A stretch of DNA of 64,000 bases from a virus. Taxonomy: Duplodnaviria; Caudoviricetes. The DNA is taken from positions 1 to 64,000 of the IMG/VR virus record IMGVR_UViG_3300021255_003058; one strand, written 5' to 3'. The notes under the pieces were generated by a model, which worked only from the letters and a program-made list of their open reading frames with translations, was not told the DNA's origin and did not search any database. The number at the start of each line of letters is the position of its first letter. Within the stretch, counting starts at the first letter, position 1. The position numbers and the translations under genes were made by a program. Shown piece after piece: positions 9,162 through 18,038 of the stretch.

Positions 9162-9296
9162 CGGGGACGATTGGAGTCGAACCAATTTTTGATTATTTGA
9201 CAGATAATTGCATTGAAGTAACTCACACTCTACACTATCATTATATTAATGAAGAAAAACGAATGAAGTTTTATACTACCGTTTTGCTACATCCCC
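9162..9296 (-). tRNA. tRNA-Asp(GTC) with about 63-nt intron (9215-9277) in D loop
   Basis: Cloverleaf restored after removing insert ending GAGTTACTTC. Confidence 0.8.
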
Positions 9297-9303
9297 ATAA
9301 TTG

Positions 9304-9439
9304 CTGGAGGGGTTGGATTCGAACCAACACTCTTTTGTTTATCAGACAAATACATTAACCTTTGAAGTAACTCACATTCTACACTACCTTCTGGAGAACC
9401 ACAAACGAAGTTTTAAATCTTTTTTTATGTTACCCTCCA
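9304..9439 (-). tRNA. tRNA-Ile(GAT) with about 63-nt intron (9364-9426) in D loop
   Basis: Cloverleaf restored after removing insert ending GAGTTACTTC. Confidence 0.8.
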
Positions 9440-9445
9440 ATAATG

Positions 9446-9518
9446 CGCGCCCTGAAGGAGTCGAACCCTCATCTACTGGGTTTGGAGTCCAGTGCCTTAA
9501 CCATTAGACCAAAGACGC
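9446..9518 (-). tRNA. tRNA-Trp(CCA)
   Basis: Cloverleaf, loop CTCCAAA. Confidence 0.9.
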
Positions 9519-9546
9519 ATTATAGTTTATTTTATTCAAACAATTG

Positions 9547-9625
9547 TACAGCGGGTGGGACTCGAACCCACATACACCAATTACGTGGTTAATGTCAGTG
9601 TATAAGACTGCGACGATACCGCTGT
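9547..9625 (-). tRNA. D-armless tRNA-like gene, anticodon TAT, long variable region
   Basis: Perfect acceptor ACAGCGG/CCGCTGT and T arm; only about 8 nt where the D arm should be. Confidence 0.65.
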
Positions 9626-9629
9626 AAAT

Positions 9630-9822
9630 AATATTTTAACTCACCTAAGTATTTTGTGATATGGTCCACTCAACTTATCCTTTGGCCTCGGATCCTAAGT
9701 AATTGCAACTCCTTAGGGTACTGTACCACCTACACAAGATCATTTCTTACTTTCACCATAACATGTAGATGTAACTCTACTACTTATAAGTATATGTCTT
9801 GTTCCGATCTGGTTAAAATATT
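9630..9822 (-). ncRNA. Putative structured ncRNA
   Basis: Closed by AATATTTTAAC/GTTAAAATATT; internal hairpins. Confidence 0.4.
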
Positions 9823-9824
9823 TG

Positions 9825-9896
9825 TTGCGGAAGTGAGATTTGAACTCCACCACTAAGGTTATGAGCCTTGTATGCGACCAACACACTGCTTCCGCG
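9825..9896 (-). tRNA. tRNA-Met(CAT), C1:A72 initiator-like
   Basis: Cloverleaf, loop CTCATAA. Confidence 0.75.
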
Positions 9897-9902
9897 ATAT
9901 TG

Positions 9903-9976
9903 TGCCTCCATAGGGACTCGAACCCTAACCTCACAGATTAAGAGTCTGGTACGCTAACCATTAACGCCATGGAGGC
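9903..9976 (-). tRNA. tRNA-Lys(CTT)
   Basis: Cloverleaf, loop CTCTTAA. Confidence 0.9.
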
Positions 9977-9979
9977 AAA

Positions 9980-10591
9980 TTATGTATTTAAAAATTCTTT
10001 TATTTGATTAATCAAATTTTCTTTATCATTATTTGACATTTTTTTATATTCAGACCAACGTATTCTAATTCCTTCCCAACCTTTTGTTTTTAAATATTCT
10101 GTTCTTTCAATATCATGTTTAATCATATAATCTGAATAATGTTGTTCACCATCAATTTCTACATATTTCATTAAATTTTCATTATAAAAATCTAATTCAT
10201 ATCTATCAATTTGTTTATGATATTGTAATGGAATATTTTCTTTAACAAACAATTCTTCAAAATATTTTTCTGGATAACTTTGTTTAGAAGAATGATTAAT
10301 TATAAATCCAACTTTATTTGGATGCTCGTTTAAATATTTTTTTCTTGAATTTGATATTTTATTTTTTACTTCATCAGTATGATGTTTTCCTTTAAATGTT
10401 TCTCCGCATTTTTTTCTTGTTTCATCAGAAACAATAATTTCTCTACCTTCTTCTTTAGCTTTTGTAAATTGATTACTATTTTTTGAACGTAATAAATATA
10501 CTGGAGTTAATTTATTAGGATTTTTTGAACATCTCATTTCATGTTGAATTAAATGTTTACATTCCTTTCCACAATATTTACAATTAAACAT
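9980..10591 (-). CDS. Free-standing homing endonuclease-like protein (Zn finger, NUMOD3, DUF559/Vsr-like nuclease)
   Basis: CKYCGKEC, KGKHHTDEVKNKIS, YELDF..VEIDGEQH; start moved to MFNCKYC. Confidence 0.75.
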   Translation of the reverse strand: MFNCKYCGKECKHLIQHEMRCSKNPNKLTPVYLLRSKNSNQFTKAKEEGREIIVSDETRKKCGETFKGKHHTDEVKNKISNSRKKYLNEHPNKVGFIINHSSKQSYPEKYFEELFVKENIPLQYHKQIDRYELDFYNENLMKYVEIDGEQHYSDYMIKHDIERTEYLKTKGWEGIRIRWSEYKKMSNNDKENLINQIKEFLNT

Positions 10592-10609
10592 ATATTCAAA
10601 ATATTTTTG

Positions 10610-10680
10610 TGACCCCACTGGGAATCGGACCCAGGTCACGTGATTAAAAGTCACGGGCTTTACCACTAAGCTATGAGGTC
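10610..10680 (-). tRNA. tRNA-Lys(TTT)
   Basis: Cloverleaf, loop CTTTTAA. Confidence 0.9.
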
Positions 10681-10725
10681 ATAATCATATTTAAATATAG
10701 TTATTTTACCTTTATAATTTAATAG

Positions 10726-10861
10726 TGCCATCGTGGGAATCGAACCTATTCACATATTCAACTTCTATTCATATATATTGTCTCGAGCTATATACTTTCG
10801 ATTGGTTGAACCCGCCTGTACGGGGCGGCTACAGTTACCAATATACTGTGATAAACCGGCA
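10726..10861 (-). ncRNA. Expanded tRNA-like element (GTA loop, about 60-nt variable region)
   Basis: CAGT/ACTG D-like arm, CCGCC-CCGTACA-GGCGG arm, TTCAAC/GTTGAA long arm, GGTTCGATTCC T loop. Confidence 0.45.
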
Positions 10862-10874
10862 TTGTTAAGAATTG

Positions 10875-10968
10875 TGCCTGAGGTAGGATTCGAACCTACT
10901 TACTGCGAGCCCACTACGACAATTTGTTGATGCAGATCGGTTTTACAGACCGGTGCCGTTACTCAGGC
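10875..10968 (-). tRNA. D-armless tRNA-Tyr(GTA)-like gene with 37-nt variable region
   Basis: Perfect acceptor GCCTGAG/CTCAGGC, loop CTGTAAA, T arm; no D arm. Confidence 0.65.
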
Positions 10969-11135
10969 TTGGTATAGAATGCTTCTGAGTCATCTATACC
11001 ACAATAAAATACTGCTTCCTTCATAACTCTTAACTTTTAAATTTATTAATAAAACTCGGACTTACACTGTTTTAACCATTTCTAAACTAAGTAGTACTAC
11101 TTCTCCAAGGATTCGAACCTTGGTTCTGATGCCAG

Positions 11136-11220
11136 TGGGGTGGGAGGGATTCGAACCCCCTGCGTTTCATAGTAACGGATTTACAGTCCGCCGCCCTTCC
11201 ACCATCAGAGCAGCCACCCC
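11136..11220 (-). tRNA. tRNA-Tyr(GTA)
   Basis: Cloverleaf with long variable arm. Confidence 0.9.
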
Positions 11221-11486
11221 AAAAGGTGGAAATTAAAACCGGAATTTCCACGAACCGGCTAAACGTATTTAGCAGTGTTTCATGCGTGGTATAAGTTTAG
11301 ATTCAACCACTGATAAGCCACAACTTATCGCTGTCCGAATTTAAAAGGCTCGGATCTGTTCCTTGTTACTGTTGAGAATTATATCGTCTCAACAGCCCGT
11401 GTTAAATCTATTTTCAACAAACCGACTTAACCAAACTATCTCCATTTCTTCCCATATAATTTGTTATATAAACATATAACAAATAG

Positions 11487-11559
11487 CGGTCCGTACGGGA
11501 ATCGAACCCGTACCACACGGCGTGACAAGCCGGCATTGTTACCGTTCAACCAACGGACC
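11487..11559 (-). tRNA. tRNA-Asp(GTC)
   Basis: Cloverleaf, loop TTGTCAC. Confidence 0.9.
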
Positions 11560-11696
11560 AAATATGGTTGTCATCCAGATACCAAAAAACTGGGAGCAGA
11601 TTTCTCGATTATCCATTCCAACGTCATTGTCTTTACACTTGATACACCTGGACCAAGAGGAAAAATGATAACCCTTATAAGCATGGCATGCAAGAG

Positions 11697-11769
11697 TGGG
11701 GCGGCAGAGAATCGAACTCTGGTTGGTAGGATGTAAGCCTACTGTCCTGGACCACTAAACGACCTCCCC
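11697..11769 (-). tRNA. tRNA-Val(TAC)
   Basis: Cloverleaf, loop CTTACAT. Confidence 0.85.
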
Positions 11770-11936
11770 ATTAAAATTCATATAAATTCACCGAATGGAT
11801 TTGACATTTGTTTTCTTAAGACAAGTCAACATTTACACATTTATTATTCGGTTTATATCAGCCGAACAGCCGTGACAGCTTCCACTTAAATATGAATTTT
11901 TTATATATTGATGCAGTCACATCCAATTTTAATTTG

Positions 11937-12025
11937 TAGCTCCGATGGGAGTTGAACCCACACGCCCATTTGTCTGGACCTCAGTTTTTAAGACTGATGC
12001 GTACTACCAATTTCGCCACGGAGCC
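11937..12025 (-). tRNA. tRNA-Leu(TAA)
   Basis: Cloverleaf with long variable arm. Confidence 0.9.
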
Positions 12026-12051
12026 ATATTGAACAATATGAAACCGTTGTG

Positions 12052-12124
12052 TACCTCCGGTGGGACTCGAACCCACAATCCTCGGCTTAAGAGACCGCAG
12101 CTTTACCAACTCAGCTACAGAGGC
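12052..12124 (-). tRNA. tRNA-Lys(CTT)
   Basis: Cloverleaf. Confidence 0.9.
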
Positions 12125-12138
12125 ATAATTTATAATTG

Positions 12139-12213
12139 TGCTCCCATAGTGATTCGAACCCTGACATCATATGTTAAAAATCTGGTACGCTAACCAATTA
12201 ACGCCATGAGAGC
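12139..12213 (-). pseudogene. Degenerate tRNA-Lys(TTT)
   Basis: Anticodon stem unpaired (CCAGA/CATAT); resembles the Lys gene at 9903. Confidence 0.65.
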
Positions 12214-12219
12214 ATATTG

Positions 12220-12292
12220 TACCCCCTCAGGGACTCGAACCCTGGATCCTCGGCTTAAAAGGCCGCAGCTTTACCAGCTCAGCTAAGAGGGC
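12220..12292 (-). tRNA. tRNA-Lys(TTT)
   Basis: Cloverleaf. Confidence 0.9.
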
Positions 12293-12477
12293 ATACACAT
12301 AATAAATTTCTGAATTAATTATTAAATTCATTTGTTTTGATTTTGATTTTACGTGCATGCTTCTTTTGGTTAAAACATAATACCAATTTCTCTCAGGAAA
12401 CATACACAACTAACGTTTTCGTTTCATTGTTTTCATATGTTTTTAATTTATATTTATAAGTTATTATTTTCTATTTG

Positions 12478-12551
12478 CGGTGACGAGGGGATTCGAACCC
12501 CCACCACACGGATTGACAGTCCGGCATTGTAACCATTCAAACCACGCCACC
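12478..12551 (-). tRNA. tRNA-Asp(GTC)
   Basis: Cloverleaf. Confidence 0.9.
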
Positions 12552-12576
12552 AAAATATATCACTTAGTTTATTTGG

Positions 12577-12648
12577 CGGTCCATGAGGGAGTCGAACCCT
12601 CATCTTGTGATCGACAGTCACATATTCTAACCGTTATACCAATGGACC
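12577..12648 (-). tRNA. tRNA-Asp(GTC)
   Basis: Cloverleaf, encoded CCA. Confidence 0.9.
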
Positions 12649-12693
12649 AAATATCTGTCACCTAAGTGATCCAAATTATTATTTTCTTCATAG

Positions 12694-12779
12694 TAGCTCG
12701 AGCGGGACTCGAACCCGCACGCCCCTTTCGGAACACGACATTTTAAGTGTCGGAAGTCTACCAATTCCTCCATCGAGCC
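12694..12779 (-). tRNA. tRNA-Leu(TAA)
   Basis: Cloverleaf with long variable arm. Confidence 0.9.
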
Positions 12780-12861
12780 ACATTATGGATGAAATTAGCG
12801 TTTTCGGACCACGGGAAGCTCTTCATCCTTTCAGTTGTCAATTCAACACTCAAACCACTCG

Positions 12862-12935
12862 CGGGGACAGAGGGATTCGAACCCACAACCATCGGCTTAA
12901 CAGGCCGCCGCTCTGACCATTATAGCTATATCCCC
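12862..12935 (-). tRNA. tRNA-Asn(GTT)
   Basis: Cloverleaf. Confidence 0.9.
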
Positions 12936-13145
12936 AAGTATAAAAATCAATTCTATACAAGTTTCATTACGGACACTTATTAGAAACTTTATCCTTTGTC
13001 ATAATAACCTCCGAAGCTTTTTGACCTACCCAATGTTATTGTTATTTTATTACTCTCATATTGTCTAAGACCTCTTAATAGTTATTGCAAATGTTCTATT
13101 AAGTTTTCATAAATAATCAATAACCCATAACCTCAAATTGATTTG

Positions 13146-13266
13146 CTATTCAGTGGGATTCGAACCCAACTAACTTGACCGGTTTCCTCATTGCAATCAG
13201 GCCTAATCAAGTAGCCACTTACATCTTCCCTACTGGGACGTTTTATCCATTTAAACTATAAACAAA
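13146..13266 (-). ncRNA. tRNA-like element with stub anticodon hairpin and long insertion
   Basis: D arm GTTT/AAAC, TCCC-AGTA-GGGA, long CTACTTGATT/GGTCAAGTTAG arm, T arm. Confidence 0.5.
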
Positions 13267-13376
13267 TTACTACGGCAATTAGTAATGATTTGTGAGATTC
13301 ACCAGTCCTACTCGATTATTTTGCCGTTCATCTTTCAGTTCACCATTTTGTTACTGGATCTGTCCCGCCATGTTCG

Positions 13377-13448
13377 CGGGAGTAGAGGGAATCGAACCCA
13401 CACCGAGTGGTTAACAGCCACCTGCTACGACCTTCGAGCTATACTCCC
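13377..13448 (-). tRNA. tRNA-Asn(GTT)
   Basis: Cloverleaf. Confidence 0.9.
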
Positions 13449-13633
13449 AAATTTAGATGTTTAATTCTAAATTTTTTGTCAATTAATTTATATTTATCTT
13501 TATATGATTCAATTACACCTAAATTATATAAATCATCTCCAAAATAAATATCTAAATTATCTGTAAATTGTTCCCATTTACAAAAATCTTTTAATGTAGG
13601 ATAACCTTTAATTTCAATATACATCGAAGACAT
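13439..13633 (-). CDS. hypothetical small protein
   Basis: AT-rich coding-like ORF between tRNAs; TAG stop overlaps tRNA-Asn 5' end. Confidence 0.4.
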   Translation of the reverse strand: MSSMYIEIKGYPTLKDFCKWEQFTDNLDIYFGDDLYNLGVIESYKDKYKLIDKKFRIKHLNLGV

Positions 13634-13643
13634 TCATATTAAG

Positions 13644-13732
13644 TTCCTAATATTGGATTTACACCAATGACCTCTCTGTTACTACTCTAAAGGCAACGAT
13701 GAGCGCTCTTATAATATCTGAGCTAATTAGGA
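13644..13732 (-). ncRNA. tRNA-like element with extended anticodon arm
   Basis: Acceptor TCCTAAT/ATTAGGA, D arm GCTC/GAGC, T loop TGTAAAT. Confidence 0.55.
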
Positions 13733-14086
13733 TTCTTAATGATATGGAAATTCTGTTAATGGTAACTGACCAGATTTGCAATAATTGCTTATGGTTACTG
13801 ACCATATTATATTTACTGAACTATTTCGCTGAGGTGCTTGGCATCTCATTGAAAGGGGTTTTCCACCACTCCTCTTCCGTATCAGTTTTTATATTTTGTT
13901 GTACCAATATGTCAATGATCGCTTCGTTCATTGAAACTCTCAGTTTCAATAATGAAATGATTATGTCAAAGAACTCAATTTCAAAAACTAAATATAATTA
14001 GTTTTCAAATATTATATTAATAATATAGAACTTATTTTCAAAATTTCAAATTTCTAAGAAAAATTTTCAAATATTTTCTACATTTG

Positions 14087-14212
14087 TGATTATGGTTGGA
14101 TTCGAACCAACGTAGCTCAGGGTAACTTACTTCCTCAGTTTAACTTTATCAAGAAACCTTCTAACGTTTTCAGCAGTGACCTGATAGCACATCCAATCTG
14201 CTTCACATAATC
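14087..14212 (-). tRNA. tRNA-like gene with about 60-nt anticodon-loop region
   Basis: Acceptor GATTATG/CATAATC, TCAGG/CCTGA stem, canonical T arm. Confidence 0.55.
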
Positions 14213-14228
14213 AAAGATCTATTTTTTG

Positions 14229-14296
14229 TTTCTACATCCGGATTCGAACCGAAGACCCCTTCTTCCAAGTGCTCTTCCTAACTGAGCTATGTAGAA
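14229..14296 (-). tRNA. tRNA-like gene with truncated anticodon arm
   Basis: Good acceptor, D and T arms; anticodon arm only CTT-GGAAG-AAG. Confidence 0.6.
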
Positions 14297-14391
14297 AATC
14301 AGCTTTCATAAAAACTACCATACTCCATTATATACATACGGCCGATATTATATAACTTCATTACTCTCATTAATAATCCCACTTAAAAATG

Positions 14392-14462
14392 TTGGACCTA
14401 CGGGACTCGAACCCATAACATGAGGACCAAAATCTCACGTGTTACCATTACACCAAGGTCCA
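14392..14462 (-). tRNA. tRNA-Gln(TTG)
   Basis: Cloverleaf. Confidence 0.9.
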
Positions 14463-14853
14463 ATTTATAAAAAATCCAGTACTATTCTTCTATAATGTTC
14501 ATTTAAGTGCGAATCCTTGCTTTACATGTGGTGGGTCACTTTACCCTGATTTTCAAATTCCCATGGAAATTATCAATCCCTCATATATAGTACCTTTGTA
14601 CTTTTACAAATTGTCGTTACATAATAATATCCTATTACACGAGTACCTTTAACCTACTGACAACTTGTGGATTTTATTTTCTCTTGAGTTCATATTTTCA
14701 AAGAACGAAATAAACAATTTCAAATATTAAATGTTCATATGAAAAATTCATATTATATTAGTATTCAAATATTATTTATTTTTATTATAATTATAATATA
14801 GTATCTTTAGATTTAATTTCAAATTATTTAAGAATTTTTTAGAAAATATTTTC

Positions 14854-14949
14854 AAAAAATAAGTGGTTAAGTTTTTCACCTAACCACTTGCAGCTATATC
14901 GTTTATAATTATATTCTTATTATCCTTCCATATCATTCTGCAAGTGGTC
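14854..14949 (-). promoter_or_regulatory. Attenuator 2: terminator with competing antiterminator
   Basis: Terminator AAGTGGTTAGG-TGAAAAA-CTTAACCACTT-ATTTTTT; GACCACTTGCAG in the leader ORF pairs with CTGCAAGTGGTT. Confidence 0.75.
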
Positions 14950-15030
14950 ATTCATTAACGCATAATCATTATTCCAAGCATTATCTAATGTTTGGTCTAA
15001 TATTTGTTTATATGTATTGACTAATTGCAT
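14920..15030 (-). CDS. Leader peptide 2 MQLVNTYKQILDQTLDNAWNNDYALMNDHLQNDMEG
   Basis: 36-codon ORF overlapping the antiterminator; composition matches downstream tRNAs. Confidence 0.7.
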   Translation of the reverse strand: MQLVNTYKQILDQTLDNAWNNDYALMNDHLQNDMEG

Positions 15031-15213
15031 TTGTGATATTTTCTTTAATTTAATTTGTATATACTTACATCTATTGATGTAATTTAATTAATAATAAAAA
15101 TTTAATTCTTAATTGTTATATAAAAATAGACTATATAAATAAAAAATTTCATAAAAATGAATGATTATGAAAATATTTTTCAAAAATCATCCAAATATAG
15201 TGTCAATTGCGAG

Positions 15214-15295
15214 TACCTCCCCTGGGATTCGAACCCAGACCCAATTAAGGACCGCTTTTGAGACGGTTGCGTAGACCCAATTCCGCCAGAGAGGC
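15214..15295 (-). tRNA. tRNA-Leu(CAA)
   Basis: Cloverleaf with variable arm. Confidence 0.9.
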
Positions 15296-15426
15296 ATAAT
15301 TATAAAAAGTTAGAATCATATACAGTAAGGGCTTCGTTCATTGGCTTCTCATTTCATGTATTTCTACAATCTCATCTATTCCTTCCCTTAATCATAACTT
15401 TATATAACAAATGTTGATACAATAAA

Positions 15427-15675
15427 TTAGTTTATCTTATACAATTCTTCATTATCAATTGCACGTCTTATCCATCTCATCAATATTAATGCTTTATCGT
15501 AATGAGACATAAATGTAGCTGTTTCTCCAACATCATGTTTATCAGACAAATCTATATCAAGTGAATAAATTGTACCATCTTCTACTGTTATATGATAAAC
15601 AGCTATTCCTCCAGATTTTACACAATCAAGTTCAGCAGAACCTTTAACAATAGTTTTTAAATCATGAATAATCAT
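15427..15675 (-). CDS. hypothetical protein
   Basis: 82-aa coding-like ORF. Confidence 0.7.
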   Translation of the reverse strand: MIIHDLKTIVKGSAELDCVKSGGIAVYHITVEDGTIYSLDIDLSDKHDVGETATFMSHYDKALILMRWIRRAIDNEELYKIN

Positions 15676-15699
15676 TTATACTAATATTTATTTTTATTG

Positions 15700-15779
15700 T
15701 GCGGCTGGTGGGATTCGAACCCACACCCAATTAAGGACGGCTTCTTAAACCGCTGCGTCGACCGTTGCGCCACAGCCGC
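15700..15779 (-). tRNA. tRNA-Leu(AAG)
   Basis: Cloverleaf, loop TTAAGAA. Confidence 0.85.
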
Positions 15780-15920
15780 ATTTAGTATTTTCTGCATAGG
15801 AGAACCTTGGATTTAATGAGTAACGATAACCACTCATCCTATGGTTATTGAAAATACTTTTACTATTGTTTTATTTTAACCGATAAAACTAAATAGCTTA
15901 AATTGTCGATATCGTTTTTG

Positions 15921-15994
15921 TACCCCGAGAAGGATTCGAACCCTCATCATGACATCCGTAGTGTCGTATTCTAAATCCATTGAACTACCGGGGC
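15921..15994 (-). tRNA. tRNA-Arg(ACG)
   Basis: Cloverleaf, loop CTACGGA. Confidence 0.9.
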
Positions 15995-16003
15995 ATTTAT
16001 TTG

Positions 16004-16079
16004 TTGAACTGGACAGATTCGAATTGTCGACCTTCTGTGTGTAAAACAAATACTACTGACCTAATTGAATTACAACCCA
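16004..16079 (-). tRNA. tRNA-Val(TAC), degenerate
   Basis: Cloverleaf with mismatches, loop TTTACAC. Confidence 0.6.
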
Positions 16080-16088
16080 ATATATATG

Positions 16089-16162
16089 CTGGGGTACCGG
16101 GACTCGAACCCAGAACTTCTGCTTCAGAGACAAATGTGTTAACCAATTACACGCATACCCTA
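16089..16162 (-). tRNA. tRNA-Gln(CTG)
   Basis: Cloverleaf, loop CTCTGAA. Confidence 0.8.
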
Positions 16163-16264
16163 ATTTAATAAATTAGACACATTCTGTTATTTAGTTAACC
16201 GAGCAGATATTTTGATTCTTTCAGGTTTCAATCATCTAAGAAACAAATGCAGGCATCTAATTTG

Positions 16265-16351
16265 TACCCTGGGGGAGACTTGAACTCCCACGCTACTATT
16301 ACTTCGCACTTGCTTCTAAGGCAAGGATGTCTACCATTCCAACACCAGGGT
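16265..16351 (-). tRNA. tRNA-Leu(TAG)
   Basis: Cloverleaf with long variable arm. Confidence 0.9.
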
Positions 16352-16566
16352 AAATAGTGTCCATGTTCCATTAACGCAGGTCTTAGACACCTAACCGCAC
16401 GAATAACCATCACAACAATTGGTTACGTTATCAATCAACCAAATTACCTTTCTATAAGATTTTATGACATCCAGTTTGGAGGCAACGGCCATCTTGCTCT
16501 AATGCTGCGTACGCCTGGCACCGATTTTACATCTTAGTAAATAAGATAACTTATAGATCATAATTG

Positions 16567-16635
16567 CCACCGAAGATGGAATCAAACCATCGTCTCTTGG
16601 CAAAATCCAAGGCTCTATCATTGAGCTAATCGGTG
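16567..16635 (-). tRNA. tRNA-like gene with 6-nt anticodon loop
   Basis: CTTGG-ATTTTG-CCAAG; D and T arms present. Confidence 0.55.
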
Positions 16636-16865
16636 AAGTGACCTTTCGAGTTTCAACGGGGCTCCTCGTCCCCTATAGGATGTGACACATATCCGAAGAT
16701 ACAAAATGCAACAACTCTAACTAACGCTTCTACAGATTCCTTAGGTCAACAAGGAATGGAACAAACGATTTCCCCTAAGTGACAGAGACATTAGACTGTT
16801 TCGATTCATAGGCCTGTGCACCAACCTATGAATACCCGTAATTGTATATAGTATTATCTTTAAAA

Positions 16866-18002
16866 TTATTTCAATTGGTCTTCAATTTCCTTAATCATTT
16901 TATTTACCTTTTCAAGATATTCTTTTGCATCACGTATTGATTCATCAGATGAAGATCTATCGAAACTTCCCCAGTTTTCAGGATTTTCTTTACCTCTTTC
17001 TTTTGCGCGTTGAACTGATTTTTCTGCTGAATGTTTATAATTCATTGATTTATAGAATTGTTCATATGCATAAGAAACATATCTCATTAAATCTGATAAA
17101 TCAAAACGCATATCCATATTTTCAGGTTTTGACATTACCTTTTGGAATAAAGCAACAACATCATCATTTGTTTTCTTTATTTCATCAAACAAAACATTTG
17201 GATCATCTTGAAGTTTCTTTGCTTTGATTTCTTTTACCATTACTTTATATCTTGCTTGTTGTTGTCTAAGAAGATTATCCATGCTATCTTTGTCCATTTC
17301 TATTGAACCTTTTTGAGATTCTTCGCGTTCTTTATGTAATTGATCATAATCTTTAATCATTGATTCTGTTATTTCAAGAACATAAACATCAAAATCTTTA
17401 ATTAATTCTAATGTTTCATTAACTTTTAAAGGACGAACATCATATTTATATTTCTTTGCAGTTTTCTCTTGGACTCCTTGTTTCCAACCTTCTGACTCAA
17501 AATAATATACTCTAACATCTCCTAAAGTTTTTGCATATCCTTTAATAAATGCAACAATATCTTTAGTACCTGGAGTACAAACAATCATATCAGCAATAGT
17601 TTTCTTTGCATAAACTGATTTTAAGAACTTTACAAATTCTTTATCGTCACCTTTATATTGTTTGAAATCACTATCTTTAATTTCTGACCATTTCAAACCA
17701 CGAATACCACTTTTCTTGTCACCCCATCTTGGAGTTTCTGTTAATGGACCAAAAATAGATGCAAAAGTTTTTGCTGTCTTTGTTGGCTTATAACCGCGAC
17801 CTCCTTCTTTGTATCTTTGCTCTTGTTTCTTGTCGTTTTCAGCATGTTCCTTTTCAGCATCTTTAATTGCTTTTGCAAGATTTGTTAATAATGATGATTG
17901 AAAACTCTCATTAATTGTTTCATCAATAATTAAATTACATGTTTCAATTAATATTTCATTATTACATAAACCGTCTGATACGAATTCAAATAAATTTTTC
18001 AT
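16866..18002 (-). CDS. hypothetical protein
   Basis: 378-aa ORF. Confidence 0.8.
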   Translation of the reverse strand: MKNLFEFVSDGLCNNEILIETCNLIIDETINESFQSSLLTNLAKAIKDAEKEHAENDKKQEQRYKEGGRGYKPTKTAKTFASIFGPLTETPRWGDKKSGIRGLKWSEIKDSDFKQYKGDDKEFVKFLKSVYAKKTIADMIVCTPGTKDIVAFIKGYAKTLGDVRVYYFESEGWKQGVQEKTAKKYKYDVRPLKVNETLELIKDFDVYVLEITESMIKDYDQLHKEREESQKGSIEMDKDSMDNLLRQQQARYKVMVKEIKAKKLQDDPNVLFDEIKKTNDDVVALFQKVMSKPENMDMRFDLSDLMRYVSYAYEQFYKSMNYKHSAEKSVQRAKERGKENPENWGSFDRSSSDESIRDAKEYLEKVNKMIKEIEDQLK

Positions 18003-18038
18003 TATATTATATATATTTTTTTATATATAAAAATAAAA

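Noticed and set aside
9764-9782. GAGTTACATC as another element copy
   Set aside because: It sits in a simple GTAGA/TCTAC hairpin without the partner half.
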